A stretch of 64,000 nucleotides of DNA from Anaeroplasma bactoclasticum (GCA_023667245.1 JAMPAL010000006.1:50-64049), one strand, 5' to 3'; positions 1-10,538 are shown, numbered from the stretch's first letter. Made by a program: numbers and translations. The notes: generated by a model not told the origin, from the letters alone.

Positions 1-256
1 TACCATACATTTGCACAATATTTTGAATTTTTTTGAATAAGAGTTCATCCATCCCAGAATGTGTTGTCCTTTCTTTTTCTTCTGATAAATTACGATGAAA
101 GGAAGTAGCCAACGTCTTTGTATTTTTAGAAGTAGCGGGATCTCTACTATCAAAATAGCGCTGTGAGCCATTAGATAGAATCGGAGTTGAAACACTGTGA
201 ATAAAAAGAAGGGGTTCAGGAACCGTCTTTCTTGCTAAATTATTTTCATTATTCAT
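1..256 (-). CDS. Partial CDS (runs off window start), possible CotO-like spore coat protein
   Basis: Manually translated: MNNENNLARKTVPEPLLFIHSVSTP...KKIQNIVQMYG, open to base 1, with RBS-like TGGTGA upstream. The N-terminal PLLFIH resembles the PL(L/M)YI motif of CotO. Not in ORF track. Confidence 0.45.
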   Translation of the reverse strand, partial: MNNENNLARKTVPEPLLFIHSVSTPILSNGSQRYFDSRDPATSKNTKTLATSFHRNLSEEKERTTHSGMDELLFKKIQNIVQMYG

Positions 257-270
257 ATTATCACCACTAT

Positions 271-299
271 TATATATGAAAATACATTCTAAAATATTA
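271..299 (-). promoter_or_regulatory. sigmaE-like promoter upstream of the partial CDS
   Basis: Minus strand TAATATT-14 bp-CATATATA, compared with sigmaE consensus TCATATT-14/15-CATAcaaT; no TTG -35 for sigmaA. Confidence 0.4.
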
Positions 300-341
300 A
301 AAACAAAATGAGGTTTTATTCATTAATCCAATCATCATTTA

Positions 342-1112
342 TTAACGATTTATATTTTTTTGATAAATGACATATAGCCCATCTAATAAAACAGTCTCGT
401 CATATATAACCTTTGTTTTCAAAACGTCTTTAATGATTCTTGCATATCCTCCAGTTAATATCACATGGGCATGCTGAATTTGCAACTCTTCCTTAATCTT
501 TTCTACTAAGCCATCAACCATGGCCACATGACCATATACAATACCACTTTGAATAGAGGTAGAAGTTTCATTGTTCACTACTTTTGTTGGTACTTCTAGC
601 GCTGTTCTTGATAACTTTGAAGTTGTATTGACCAAACTATCCATAGCGCCCTTGATACCTGCACAAATAGCACCGCCTAAGAATACTTTATGTTCTGTAA
701 CAACTAACAACTTGGTTGCTGTCCCCATATCAACAACAATAACTGGACCACCATATTTATAATAGGCACCTACACAATCACAGAGCAAGTCTGCTCCTAA
801 TTGTTTAGGATGTTCTAATTTGATTTGTAACCCGCTTTTTAATCCTGCTCCAACAAAAAGTGGTTTTATATGATAATATCTTTCCATCATATGTAAAAAA
901 ACTGAATCTAATTGTGGCACAACAGAAGCAATGATACATCCTTCAATTGCATCTATTTGAGCAATATTAGCAATTGAAATGTTGATTTTTTGATAATAAT
1001 CGTCTTCAGTCAGTAAAGCATTGGTAACATAGCGAAAGGTTTGAATGACTTTTCCTTCTTTACAAATGCCTAAAACAATATTTGTATTACCAATATCAAA
1101 AAGTAATATCAT
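342..1112 (-). CDS. coaX: Type III pantothenate kinase
   Basis: LFDIGNTN, ASVVP, GADL and VVDMGTAT motifs; sigmaA promoter TTGATA-17-TATAAT upstream. Confidence 0.93.
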   Translation of the reverse strand: MILLFDIGNTNIVLGICKEGKVIQTFRYVTNALLTEDDYYQKINISIANIAQIDAIEGCIIASVVPQLDSVFLHMMERYYHIKPLFVGAGLKSGLQIKLEHPKQLGADLLCDCVGAYYKYGGPVIVVDMGTATKLLVVTEHKVFLGGAICAGIKGAMDSLVNTTSKLSRTALEVPTKVVNNETSTSIQSGIVYGHVAMVDGLVEKIKEELQIQHAHVILTGGYARIIKDVLKTKVIYDETVLLDGLYVIYQKNINR

Positions 1113-1228
1113 CTTTTCTACCTTCACTTTCTTTCATTTCATAATCTCTTTATATTTATTATACACTATTTTCCATCATTTATCAAGTAAAGGTGGCTTA
1201 AAATGAACATATTTCCACTATCAATATT

Positions 1229-1262
1229 AAAAAACAAGCACTTTAGAGTAAAATGCTTGTTT
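1229..1262 (-). terminator. Intrinsic terminator of the dlt-like operon
   Basis: Inverted repeat AAACAAGCA...TGCTTGTTT with a T-run on the minus strand. Confidence 0.6.
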
Positions 1263-1270
1263 AAAATCCG

Positions 1271-2236
1271 CTATGCTATTGGAATATTATTTTTATGGAG
1301 CAATTCTTCGTATGCCTTTACTTCTTTTTCCCATACTTTTTGAGATTTTCGATAATCTGTTAAGATTTGATAATTATCTAACAATGTACCCAAGTGTTTG
1401 GCTACTTTGATCGAACCATAAATGTTCAAGTGATTCCCCTTATCCCTAAAATCAGTTTTAAAATCAAAATCAAGATATTCAGGATGAATATTATAATCTA
1501 TAAATTCAATATGATGTTCTTTCGCATAAGAAGCAACGCCATAACTTTTGGCATAGCTCCAAGAAGAAGGGGATGGCATTTCGACAAATAAAAGTTTGAT
1601 TCCCTTCCTTTCACATAATTTACGAATTTTTTCTAAGTATTGTACACTTCTTTTTGGCAATACTTTTTCATCGCTATCTTTATTACCCATATAATTTTTC
1701 AACTGATAATTGTAACGCTTATTCGAATATCTAAATCCTTTTAATTCATCATAATTATCATTGAGTTTTGGTATTTTGGTAAAATCTTGCCACTTTAAAT
1801 TTTTCCATCTAGCATGGTAGATAAAAGGGGAAGCTAGAAACTGCAATTTAATCAAAGACTGTGTATAATCAGCTATTCCCATTTTTTCATACAAAAAATC
1901 AGTTTCCACAATACATACTTTGATTTGTTGTTTCTTGGTAATGTCTTGTAGAAGACGATATCCGAGCATTGGACTTGCCTTTGCTACACCACAACAATAA
2001 GATGTAATGCCATACAAGCGATATAACTCTAGTGGATTGAACGCACTATATAAATCACTATTTCCAATTCCAACGACTTCAATGGTATTTTTGGCTTCTG
2101 CCTCAAATCCTCTACCTGCATAAAATTTATCTCCCCCTTTATCTGCTTTCGTTTTTGGGGTAAGTACAACACATGCGGCTAAGTAGATAACAACAAACAT
2201 AGCCAAGAATAGGGTTATTCTCTTCCATAATTTCAT
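1271..2236 (-). CDS. Membrane-anchored SGNH/DltD-like acyltransferase
   Basis: N-terminal TM segment, GNSD block, C-terminal DKGNHLN (DxxH-like); last gene after MBOAT. Confidence 0.7.
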   Translation of the reverse strand: MKLWKRITLFLAMFVVIYLAACVVLTPKTKADKGGDKFYAGRGFEAEAKNTIEVVGIGNSDLYSAFNPLELYRLYGITSYCCGVAKASPMLGYRLLQDITKKQQIKVCIVETDFLYEKMGIADYTQSLIKLQFLASPFIYHARWKNLKWQDFTKIPKLNDNYDELKGFRYSNKRYNYQLKNYMGNKDSDEKVLPKRSVQYLEKIRKLCERKGIKLLFVEMPSPSSWSYAKSYGVASYAKEHHIEFIDYNIHPEYLDFDFKTDFRDKGNHLNIYGSIKVAKHLGTLLDNYQILTDYRKSQKVWEKEVKAYEELLHKNNIPIA

Positions 2237-2238
2237 AA

Positions 2239-3786
2239 TTAAAAGCCTCCATAAATTGGATCAGGTGGTATATATCCCAAACCATATGCTCCAAAAATAA
2301 TGATGCCAAAGATTAAAATCAAATAGGCAGCATATTTAATACCAACAGGTAATCTCTCAATACGTTGATAAATATCAAATTTTTTGGTTTGTAGCCACTC
2401 AAATATCAACAAAATAATGATTGCCAAAACTGCAATTACGCACTCTTTCACCTCAAAAATACTAGTTAACTTTGTGCTACTTGGTTGAAATATATTTACA
2501 ATATATTTCCCTGCATCCGTTAATGTATTACATCTAAAAATAAGCATACCTATATTGACTAAAATAAAGGTTTTGATAATACCTAATAAATGGAAAACAG
2601 TTTTATGTTTTATTTTATGCGCAAAGTGATGAGAAATGATATTTTCTATCATCATTACAATGTAATAATAAAGCCCGTATATCAAATACTTGAAACTAGC
2701 ACCATGCCACAATCCTGTAAGTGACCATACAACAAATAAAACGATACAACTTGGTAAAAAAGTTTCCCAAAAATTTGATACTTTTCCTCTCAATTTTTTA
2801 CATAACCAGTTAATCGGCCTAGACATCGAAAGTGGATAAAATACATATTCTCTAAACCATGTACCAAGACTAATATGCCATCTTCTCCAAAATTCACCTA
2901 CAGATGAAGAAAAAAATGGTTGTTCAAAATTTCTTTCTAGTTGAATGCCATACATTTTAGAGACACCTCTTACCATATCAATGATTCCCGAAAATTCTGT
3001 ATATAATTGAAAAGTAAACGCAATTACACCTAAAATCAGTATGGGGCCAGTAACACCTTTATCAAAGGTTTGCGTTACCAAAATGGCCAGTCTATCCGCA
3101 ATTACAATTTTTTTAAATAATCCCACTAAAATAAGCAATAATCCCTTTTTAAAATGTTCAAACCGAAATGATTGAGGTTCCTTTAATTGAGGCAATAATT
3201 GGTCATAGTGTGAAATAGGACCTTCTAATAGGCAAGGAAAATAAGTAGTGAATAACAAAACATCTAAATAATTTTTACTTGCCTTGTACTTTCCCCGATA
3301 TACATCCACAAGATAACCCGTATTAGACAGTGTGTAATAACTGATACCTAAAGGCATTAAAATTTTAAACATTGGAATTTGAAAATTCCAGTTGAATATA
3401 GAAAAAACAGAATTAAGCATACCATCGAAAAAATTCAAATATTTAATCGAAATCAATAAGCCTAAATTTAGAATCAGAGCTACAATTAAAATACGTTTAT
3501 TCGCTTTTTTAGTTTTTAATTTTTCTTGTTTAAAAGTTTCTTTATCAAATTCAGCTTTCTTACTTTTGAGTGTCTCATTTTTTTGACTCATCATTCGTGC
3601 AAATAAATACACAATAAAAGCACTAAGTAAAACAAAGAGCATCATCCATTTACTAGCAAATCCCAATAAAATCAAACTACCTAGAATTAAAATCAGATAA
3701 CGGTATTTCTTAAAAAACACCATATAAAGCAAGTAGACTATTGATCCAAAAATCAATAGCCACAGCAATTGTTCATAGGCTTTCAT
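2239..3786 (-). CDS. MBOAT family O-acyltransferase (DltB/AlgI-like)
   Basis: PLGISYYT, FWRRWHISLGTWFREY, GLWHGA with catalytic His; polytopic. Confidence 0.92.
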   Translation of the reverse strand: MKAYEQLLWLLIFGSIVYLLYMVFFKKYRYLILILGSLILLGFASKWMMLFVLLSAFIVYLFARMMSQKNETLKSKKAEFDKETFKQEKLKTKKANKRILIVALILNLGLLISIKYLNFFDGMLNSVFSIFNWNFQIPMFKILMPLGISYYTLSNTGYLVDVYRGKYKASKNYLDVLLFTTYFPCLLEGPISHYDQLLPQLKEPQSFRFEHFKKGLLLILVGLFKKIVIADRLAILVTQTFDKGVTGPILILGVIAFTFQLYTEFSGIIDMVRGVSKMYGIQLERNFEQPFFSSSVGEFWRRWHISLGTWFREYVFYPLSMSRPINWLCKKLRGKVSNFWETFLPSCIVLFVVWSLTGLWHGASFKYLIYGLYYYIVMMIENIISHHFAHKIKHKTVFHLLGIIKTFILVNIGMLIFRCNTLTDAGKYIVNIFQPSSTKLTSIFEVKECVIAVLAIIILLIFEWLQTKKFDIYQRIERLPVGIKYAAYLILIFGIIIFGAYGLGYIPPDPIYGGF

Positions 3787-3787
3787 A

Positions 3788-4018
3788 TTATTCGTCTTGA
3801 ACTTTTTCTATTAGTTTCACCATATCATCAACAGACTCAAAATTTTCTGGAACAATATAAAGTGGAGAAATAGATATATCAAATTCGTCAGATATCATCA
3901 TTATCAGTCTCACAACCTCCATACTGGTTAATATTTGACGTGTGATGAGTTGTGTTTCATTTTCATAATCCACTCCTGGTTTTAATTCTTCTAATATTTC
4001 TAATAGTGTTTCTTTCAC
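3788..4018 (-). CDS. Acyl/aminoacyl carrier protein (DltC-like)
   Basis: 76 aa acidic protein; ILTSMEVV phosphopantetheine-site variant; PENFES tail. Confidence 0.85.
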   Translation of the reverse strand: MKETLLEILEELKPGVDYENETQLITRQILTSMEVVRLIMMISDEFDISISPLYIVPENFESVDDMVKLIEKVQDE

Positions 4019-4030
4019 AATGAATCCTCC

Positions 4031-5554
4031 TTATTTTTTCAAAATATATTCTTCTTGGTAATATTTTCGATCAATTTTTCCGTTTTGATTCAGTTTTACA
4101 TGCGACAATAATTCATATCTTTGTGGAATCATATAATATGGCATTTTAGCCTGCAATTTTTCGTTTAAATCTTGTTGCGTAATTTTTCCAACATAACAAC
4201 AAATAATTTCATCCTTTTGACCATTATATAAACAAAACGCTGTTTTGATTTCCTCTAAAGCATTACATCCAGCCTCAATTTCACCGAGTTCTATTCGATA
4301 TCCCATATGTTTGATTTGAAAGTCCTTTCGACAAAGATAAACCAATTCACCTTGAGTATTGTATTTGCACAAATCACCTGTTTTATATACCATCTCTGGA
4401 TAGTACGGGTTTAAAGGATTTTGGACAAAAGCTTCTTTGGTTTTTTCAGGATTTTGATAATATCCACTGGCGACAAAAGCGCCTTTAACATAAAGTTCCC
4501 CTTCTTCTTTTGGAGTCGCTAATTCACCCTTATCGTTAATCAAAAATACTTCTAAATTTTCACAAGCCTTTCCAATGGGTAATACTTCATCATTGGCAAA
4601 TCGACGATTAACTTTATAGTATGTACAAATATCAGTTGTCTCGGTTGGACCAAATAAATTGGCAAAAGAAACTTGAGGCAGTTTATCCATCCAGTAGTTC
4701 AACACTTTCGTAGGCATAACTTCTCCCGCAAACATTGCGAATTGCAAATGTTGTGGCAATACATAATCCAATACTTTCATTTGTGCAATCATCTGATATG
4801 CAGAAGGAACCCAATATATAGTATTGATCTTCATTTGATTCATCACATCAAACAATTTAATGGGAAATGTAAAATAACTTTTCGGAACAATATATAAAAA
4901 AGCGCCTGTAAAAAGAGTCGCAAAAACATCCGAAACAGACATACTAAAATAAAATGGTGTTTGACTCGCAAAACGAGTTTTATCAGATATACCAAAACAA
5001 GTGATAAACCATTCTATATAATTGACAATATTTTGATGATGAATAACAGTCCCTTTTGGTGTTCCCGTTGAACCTGATGTAAATAAGATATATACAGGAT
5101 CTGTCGAAATCATTTCTTTGGCTCTACCTTCTAATCTTTGCTCATCTATTTCTAATGCATATATGGATTGGACTACAATAGAAGGGTATGCATCAAGTGC
5201 TATCCAGCGATTGACGTTTGCCTCATCAAAAATCAATAGTTTAGGAGATGCAATTTGCATAATTTTTTCGATGCGTTCAATCGGTGATTCTACATCGATT
5301 ACAACATAAGGTGTTCCTGCGTACATACAAGCAAGCATTGCTATAATCGTATAAATACCTCGATTTGTCGCAATACCCACTACTTCATTTTTAGATGTTT
5401 TAGGAATAATTGCGGTAGCAAGTGATTTTGCATAATGCTGTAAATCCCGATAGGATAAACTATATTCTGGATCTTGAAAAGCAATTTTATCCAATTGATT
5501 TTGCTTTCCTAACGATATAATTGTATCTTCAAATGCTGTTATTACTGTCTTCAT
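4031..5554 (-). CDS. Stand-alone adenylation domain protein (DltA-like)
   Basis: YILFTSGSTGTPKG (A3), FGPTE (A5), YKTGD (A7), QIKHMGYRIELGEIE (A8), NGKIDR (A10). Confidence 0.9.
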   Translation of the reverse strand: MKTVITAFEDTIISLGKQNQLDKIAFQDPEYSLSYRDLQHYAKSLATAIIPKTSKNEVVGIATNRGIYTIIAMLACMYAGTPYVVIDVESPIERIEKIMQIASPKLLIFDEANVNRWIALDAYPSIVVQSIYALEIDEQRLEGRAKEMISTDPVYILFTSGSTGTPKGTVIHHQNIVNYIEWFITCFGISDKTRFASQTPFYFSMSVSDVFATLFTGAFLYIVPKSYFTFPIKLFDVMNQMKINTIYWVPSAYQMIAQMKVLDYVLPQHLQFAMFAGEVMPTKVLNYWMDKLPQVSFANLFGPTETTDICTYYKVNRRFANDEVLPIGKACENLEVFLINDKGELATPKEEGELYVKGAFVASGYYQNPEKTKEAFVQNPLNPYYPEMVYKTGDLCKYNTQGELVYLCRKDFQIKHMGYRIELGEIEAGCNALEEIKTAFCLYNGQKDEIICCYVGKITQQDLNEKLQAKMPYYMIPQRYELLSHVKLNQNGKIDRKYYQEEYILKK

Positions 5555-5754
5555 TTTTATCACCGTTCCATATTATACCACTTTTTATAGTAAAAGTAAA
5601 TACTCTATTTTATTTTTTTCCTTGAAATCACAGAAAAAAAGAATAACATCTATCAATTTCATATCAATATATTTTTCCCTTTATTTCATCATTTATGAGT
5701 CACAACAACAAAAAAAGGAGACTCATTATCTCCTTTTTTATTACCTAAAACAGA

Positions 5755-6288
5755 TTAAAAATTATTGGCTTTTACTTCAAAATAAGCTTCTGGATGTGCA
5801 CACACTGGACAAGCCTTTGGTGCTGTTTCACCAACATGTACATGACCACAATTGCGACATACCCAAACAGTTACACCTGCTTTAGCAAATACTTGAGCTG
5901 TTTCAATATTTTCTGCTAATTTTCTATAACGCTCTTCGTGTTCTTTTTCAATTTTTGCTACACCTTCAAATTGTTTAGCAATAGCAACAAATCCTTCTTC
6001 ACGAGCCACTTTAGCAAATTCAGCATACATATCTGTCCATTCATAATTTTCACCTGCTGCTGCTGCAAGTAAATTTTCTTTTGTTGTTCCAATTCCACCT
6101 AATAATTTGAACCATAATTTAGCATGTTCTTTTTCATTGTTAGCTGTTTCTTCAAAAATAGCAGCTATTTGTTCATAGCCTTCTTTTCTAGCTTTTGAAG
6201 CAAAATAAGTATACTTATTTCTTGCTTGTGATTCACCTGCAAACGCAGTCATTAAATTTTGTTCTGTTCTACTTCCCTTTAATTCCAT
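5755..6288 (-). CDS. rbr: Rubrerythrin
   Basis: [18 protein letters not shown]-terminal CRNCG...CPVC rubredoxin domain; start moved to MELKGS. Confidence 0.95.
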   Translation of the reverse strand: MELKGSRTEQNLMTAFAGESQARNKYTYFASKARKEGYEQIAAIFEETANNEKEHAKLWFKLLGGIGTTKENLLAAAAGENYEWTDMYAEFAKVAREEGFVAIAKQFEGVAKIEKEHEERYRKLAENIETAQVFAKAGVTVWVCRNCGHVHVGETAPKACPVCAHPEAYFEVKANNF

Positions 6289-6685
6289 TTTCCTTTTTTT
6301 CCTTTCCCATAATTTGACATGTAGGGCAAACACCACTAAAACTAATTTGATTGGCATATATCTTCACTTGATTTTTTTGTTCTACTGAAGCTATAATTGG
6401 TTCCACATCTATTTCCTCAATATCCATAAAGCATTTGCAAATCTGACAATAGAAATGCCCATGTGGCTTACGCATCTTATGGTCATAGTGGTCACCTTCA
6501 CCAGGAATGCTTAATCTTGTGATTTTCCCCATTTCTACTAAATCATTTAAATTGCGATAAACTGTTCCAAGACTAATGTTGGGCATATGTGCTCTTGCCT
6601 TCACATAAATACTTTCTGCAGTTGGGTGATCACAACTCGATTGAACAATTTCATAGATTAAATTCTTCTGTGCTGTTTTCCGCAT
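6269..6685 (-). CDS. perR: Fur family regulator, PerR-like
   Basis: [27 protein letters not shown]; overlaps the rubrerythrin gene. Confidence 0.8.
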   Translation of the reverse strand: MRKTAQKNLIYEIVQSSCDHPTAESIYVKARAHMPNISLGTVYRNLNDLVEMGKITRLSIPGEGDHYDHKMRKPHGHFYCQICKCFMDIEEIDVEPIIASVEQKNQVKIYANQISFSGVCPTCQIMGKEKKENGIKGK

Positions 6686-6693
6686 ATTTCTCC

Positions 6694-6716
6694 TTAATAG
6701 TAATGATTACTATTAA
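6694..6716. promoter_or_regulatory. Fur/Per-box operator
   Basis: Perfect 11-1-11 palindrome TTAATAGTAAT-G-ATTACTATTAA between the -10 and RBS of the perR-rbr operon. Confidence 0.8.
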
Positions 6717-7008
6717 CTATATTATACCCTTTTTCTTTTTTATTGCAAGCATTTCGCTTTTGAGATAATTACAAAAACAAAAGGACTTATTCATACTATT
6801 ATCATATATATTCCATACTACTATCTGTCTTATAATTCCAATGGATAGGTCCATTCGATAGTACAGATAACATATTTTTTCAAATAAGAACGAATCTAAC
6901 CTTATCGTATTGATTTTTTCCTTTCTTAGATTATAGTTTCTTTTTTCTTTCTTTTTTTATCATTTTGGTGTATAATATAAAAAAGAAGGAAGAAAGGAAA
7001 TAATTCTT

Positions 7009-7980
7009 ATGCGTGATGAAGATTTAATTTATCTTTTTACGGGAACATCAGAAATTTTTATTAAAAATAGAATGAATAGAATCATTCAAAGTTTTAATAA
7101 ATTAGATACCACCACAATCAAGTACGATATGGAAGTAACTTCTTTATCACATGTTCTAGAAGATGCCATCACTGTTCCTTTTTTAGAAGATTTAAAAATT
7201 ATTATTTTGAAAAATCCTAAATTTTTAACTAAAACAAATACTACTTCAAAAGAGGATACTAAAGCATTTATTAGGTATCTGAAAAACCCTGTTGATACAA
7301 CTATATTGATGATTGATGCAACCAACACTATAATTGCACAAAGCAATGAAATCTATAAAATGCTCCGAAATGTGGCTAAAATCATTGATTACCCTGAACC
7401 AGAAGAAATTGAACTAAAGGGATGGATTGTACGTAGCTTTGATAGTAACAGTATTGATATCAAAGATGATGCATTGAATTTATTACTAGAATATATTGGT
7501 GATAATCAACCTAGACTAGCAACAGAAATTGAAAAATTAACATCGTACATTGGAAAAGGAGGAACTATCCGACAATCCGATATTCGACTTTTAGTATCAA
7601 AAGATGTTAGTAATGAAGTGTATCACTTGATTAAAGCAATTATTCAAAAAGATTTGGACCAAACATATGCTATCTATTCTAATTTAATTACGCACACAAA
7701 AGATGCACTTACCATTATTGCACTCATATCTAATAAATTCAAAGAATTGATTTCAACTTACAAATTACTAAAATATGGATATAGTCAAAGTGATATAGCA
7801 AAATTCTACAATGTAACCACGGGTAAAGCCTATTATTTGGTACAAGAGGCAAAAGCGTTTAAATTATCAGATTTGGAATACTATATTGAAAAATTATCCG
7901 AATTAGACTATCAGATTAAAAGTGGCAAAATAGATAAAAATATTGGTTTAGAATTACTTTTATTAAAATTACCAAAGTAA
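7009..7980 (+). CDS. holA: DNA polymerase III delta subunit
   Basis: TVPFL, EIEKL, LSELDYQIKSG motifs; adjacent to rpsT and comEC. Confidence 0.9.
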   Translation: MRDEDLIYLFTGTSEIFIKNRMNRIIQSFNKLDTTTIKYDMEVTSLSHVLEDAITVPFLEDLKIIILKNPKFLTKTNTTSKEDTKAFIRYLKNPVDTTILMIDATNTIIAQSNEIYKMLRNVAKIIDYPEPEEIELKGWIVRSFDSNSIDIKDDALNLLLEYIGDNQPRLATEIEKLTSYIGKGGTIRQSDIRLLVSKDVSNEVYHLIKAIIQKDLDQTYAIYSNLITHTKDALTIIALISNKFKELISTYKLLKYGYSQSDIAKFYNVTTGKAYYLVQEAKAFKLSDLEYYIEKLSELDYQIKSGKIDKNIGLELLLLKLPK

Positions 7981-7984
7981 AGAA

Positions 7985-8022
7985 AAAAGAAGCTATTTCA
8001 AATGAAGTAGCTTCTTATTTTT
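7985..8022. terminator. Bidirectional terminator between holA and rpsT
   Basis: AAGAAGCTA...TAGCTTCTT hairpin flanked by A/T runs. Confidence 0.7.
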
Positions 8023-8030
8023 TAATTCAA

Positions 8031-8294
8031 TTATGCCATTGCGTTTAGGGCTTTAGCTAAACGAGATTTTTGATGTGCTGCATAATTCTTATGATGAATA
8101 CCTTTTGATACAGCCTTATCAATTTTTTTACATGCAAAATTAAAAGCCTCTTGTGCTTTTGCTTTATCACCTGCTGCTACAGCAACTTCAAAAGTTTTAA
8201 TTGCAGTCTTTAGTGAAGAAGAAAATGAATTATTTAATAATCTTCTCTTATTGTTAGTAATATCTCGTTTCTTTTGTTGCTTAATGTTTGCCAT
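8031..8294 (-). CDS. rpsT: 30S ribosomal protein S20
   Basis: MANIKQQKKR...KGIHHKNYAAHQKSRL; GGAGGTG RBS. Confidence 0.97.
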   Translation of the reverse strand: MANIKQQKKRDITNNKRRLLNNSFSSSLKTAIKTFEVAVAAGDKAKAQEAFNFACKKIDKAVSKGIHHKNYAAHQKSRLAKALNAMA

Positions 8295-8372
8295 TAGTTT
8301 CACCTCCGAGGTTATTTCTTAAGTATTATATCATAAATTGAAAAAAAGGTAAAGTAAAAGATACTTTTTATT

Positions 8373-10538
8373 TTATTTTTGCTTTTTTTCAATGATGATG
8401 GTTCCCTTCTCAGATGTAATCCAAATTGTATCTTTATAGCGTTCTACTATTTTTGGAGATGGAAATGAAAAGCGATTTTGATATCCATTCATACAAATTG
8501 CTATATTGTATTGAACATTTTGAAATAGTGCATCTGTAGATGAAGTAGTAGACCCATGATGAGGTACTTTCAAATAATCGACTGCCCCTATCTTTGGCAG
8601 CTGTCTTTCTACTTCCTTTTCTATGTCACCTGTAAACAAATAACTTCGTCCAAATAAGTGAGCAAGAATGACCAAACTATTGTTATTTTTATTTTGATAA
8701 TCCTTTGTTGGAGAGAGAATTTGAAATTGATTATTTTGATATGTTAATCTATCCCCTACTGACAGGCTTTGATATTGCACCCTATCTTTAACCATTTGAT
8801 AAGTGGTAATATCATATTTACTACCATAAACTTGTTTGACTTGAAAGGTTTGAATCAGTTCTAAAAGCATTCCATTATGATCACTATCACCATGACTGAT
8901 AATGATCGCATCTATACGCTTTACACCCTGTTTTTTGAGAAAGACAATAAGATCATTCCCACTCGCTTCTCCTGTATCTATGAGTATATTGAGTTGATTA
9001 TGCTTTCCTTGAATAAAGGTGGCTTCTCCTTTTGGTAAATCTAAAAAATAAACCCTTTCATGTACATTTCCATACCCCCAATAAATCCAAATCAATTGTA
9101 ATACTATGAAAAGATACCTTGCATATTTTCGAATTATTTTCCTTCTGTGAATCAGCCAATAACATAGAAAATAATACAAAACAATAATAAATGATGGAAC
9201 AAGTGGATAGGTAAATGTTAAGAAACGAATTTCCGCCAAATGATTCGTCAGTAATTGAAATATACTATACAACATCATAAATAGACTTTCAAGCCAAGGA
9301 ATACATGTGGTCAAAAAAGCAAGCGGAAGTAAAATATAACTAACTACTGGAATATAAATTAGATTATATAAAATGGATAAGAAAGAAATATCAGGTGAAA
9401 AGATAGTTACAACTGGAAGAGTAATAAATATGGCAATGCAGCTTATGGTGATATTGGTTTTGATTTTACCAAGAATTCCTTTACAATTTGAAAGAAGCGG
9501 TGCACACAGTATAATTCCAATGGCAATTAAATAGGATAACATAAAATTATATTGAAAAATATACATTGGATTAAGGCATAAAACCAAATAGGCATTGATA
9601 CTAATCAAATCTATAGCACTAAACTTTAGTTGATATTGTCGATTCAACGTCTTTAAAATAAAGCCATTCACTACCCGCAATACCGAAACCATAAAACCAG
9701 ATATGACATAGTATAATAACAAAATGGGAATAGAAAGAAAAGGAATATAGTTTTTCTTTATCTGAAGAAGGCGAAGTAACTTTTCTAACACTCCGACAAT
9801 TAATCCGACATGTAACCCTGATATGACGAATAAATGACTAATCCCCATCTTTGCTATCTGCTCAGAAAGTTGACTATCAAATCTATCTTTATTCCCAATA
9901 GTCAATGCTTGAATCATACCTACCGATTCTGTATGAAAATGGTGTTCATAATAATCACTCATGTTTTGATACAATTGGTATTTTCCAAATGTATGTTTGA
10001 CATATGTCATTTCTCTTATTTCTATTTGTCCATAAATATTTTGGTAAGACAAATACGCCATGTAATCAAATCCACCTGGATAATGAGATTGATCTACACT
10101 CATTATCTCTCCTTGAATATAGTATACATCCCCTATATTCAGTTTATTTTCACTATGATATAAGGCATATCCTTGTTTTAAATGCAATAAGATTTGAAAA
10201 CATGTGGCCGTTTTCTTTATTTTTTCTATTTTGGCAATTCCCTCATATATCGGAGTATTTTGATATTGTTTCCACTGATGTTGATATGATTGTTTTCGAA
10301 AGACATATTGTCCAAAAATAAGACCTACTGCTACTAGAGCAAGGATACCAAATGTTTTGTCTTGTATAAAATAACACAACCACAAGGCCAAAAAAACAAT
10401 TAAAATAACGATACTTTCTTGTGCTATGCCAAAGAAACCTAGCGCAATTAAAATAAGAATATGAAAATAGCGATTGGCTAGTTTTCTATATAGTGATGAG
10501 CGCTTGAATGTCTTGAAAAAGCGTTTGACCAATACCAT
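8373..10538 (-). CDS. comEC: Competence DNA uptake channel ComEC
   Basis: HLFVISGLHV competence motif; C-terminal MBL domain (SHGDSDH, GD, KVPHHGS). Start uncertain. Confidence 0.92.
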   Translation of the reverse strand: MVLVKRFFKTFKRSSLYRKLANRYFHILILIALGFFGIAQESIVILIVFLALWLCYFIQDKTFGILALVAVGLIFGQYVFRKQSYQHQWKQYQNTPIYEGIAKIEKIKKTATCFQILLHLKQGYALYHSENKLNIGDVYYIQGEIMSVDQSHYPGGFDYMAYLSYQNIYGQIEIREMTYVKHTFGKYQLYQNMSDYYEHHFHTESVGMIQALTIGNKDRFDSQLSEQIAKMGISHLFVISGLHVGLIVGVLEKLLRLLQIKKNYIPFLSIPILLLYYVISGFMVSVLRVVNGFILKTLNRQYQLKFSAIDLISINAYLVLCLNPMYIFQYNFMLSYLIAIGIILCAPLLSNCKGILGKIKTNITISCIAIFITLPVVTIFSPDISFLSILYNLIYIPVVSYILLPLAFLTTCIPWLESLFMMLYSIFQLLTNHLAEIRFLTFTYPLVPSFIIVLYYFLCYWLIHRRKIIRKYARYLFIVLQLIWIYWGYGNVHERVYFLDLPKGEATFIQGKHNQLNILIDTGEASGNDLIVFLKKQGVKRIDAIIISHGDSDHNGMLLELIQTFQVKQVYGSKYDITTYQMVKDRVQYQSLSVGDRLTYQNNQFQILSPTKDYQNKNNNSLVILAHLFGRSYLFTGDIEKEVERQLPKIGAVDYLKVPHHGSTTSSTDALFQNVQYNIAICMNGYQNRFSFPSPKIVERYKDTIWITSEKGTIIIEKKQK

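Noticed and set aside
6780-6900. Short CATA(C/T)TA-like repeats and a 23-codon minus-strand ORF between perR and holA
   Set aside because: No RBS, AT-rich background, and no consistent period or spacer structure.
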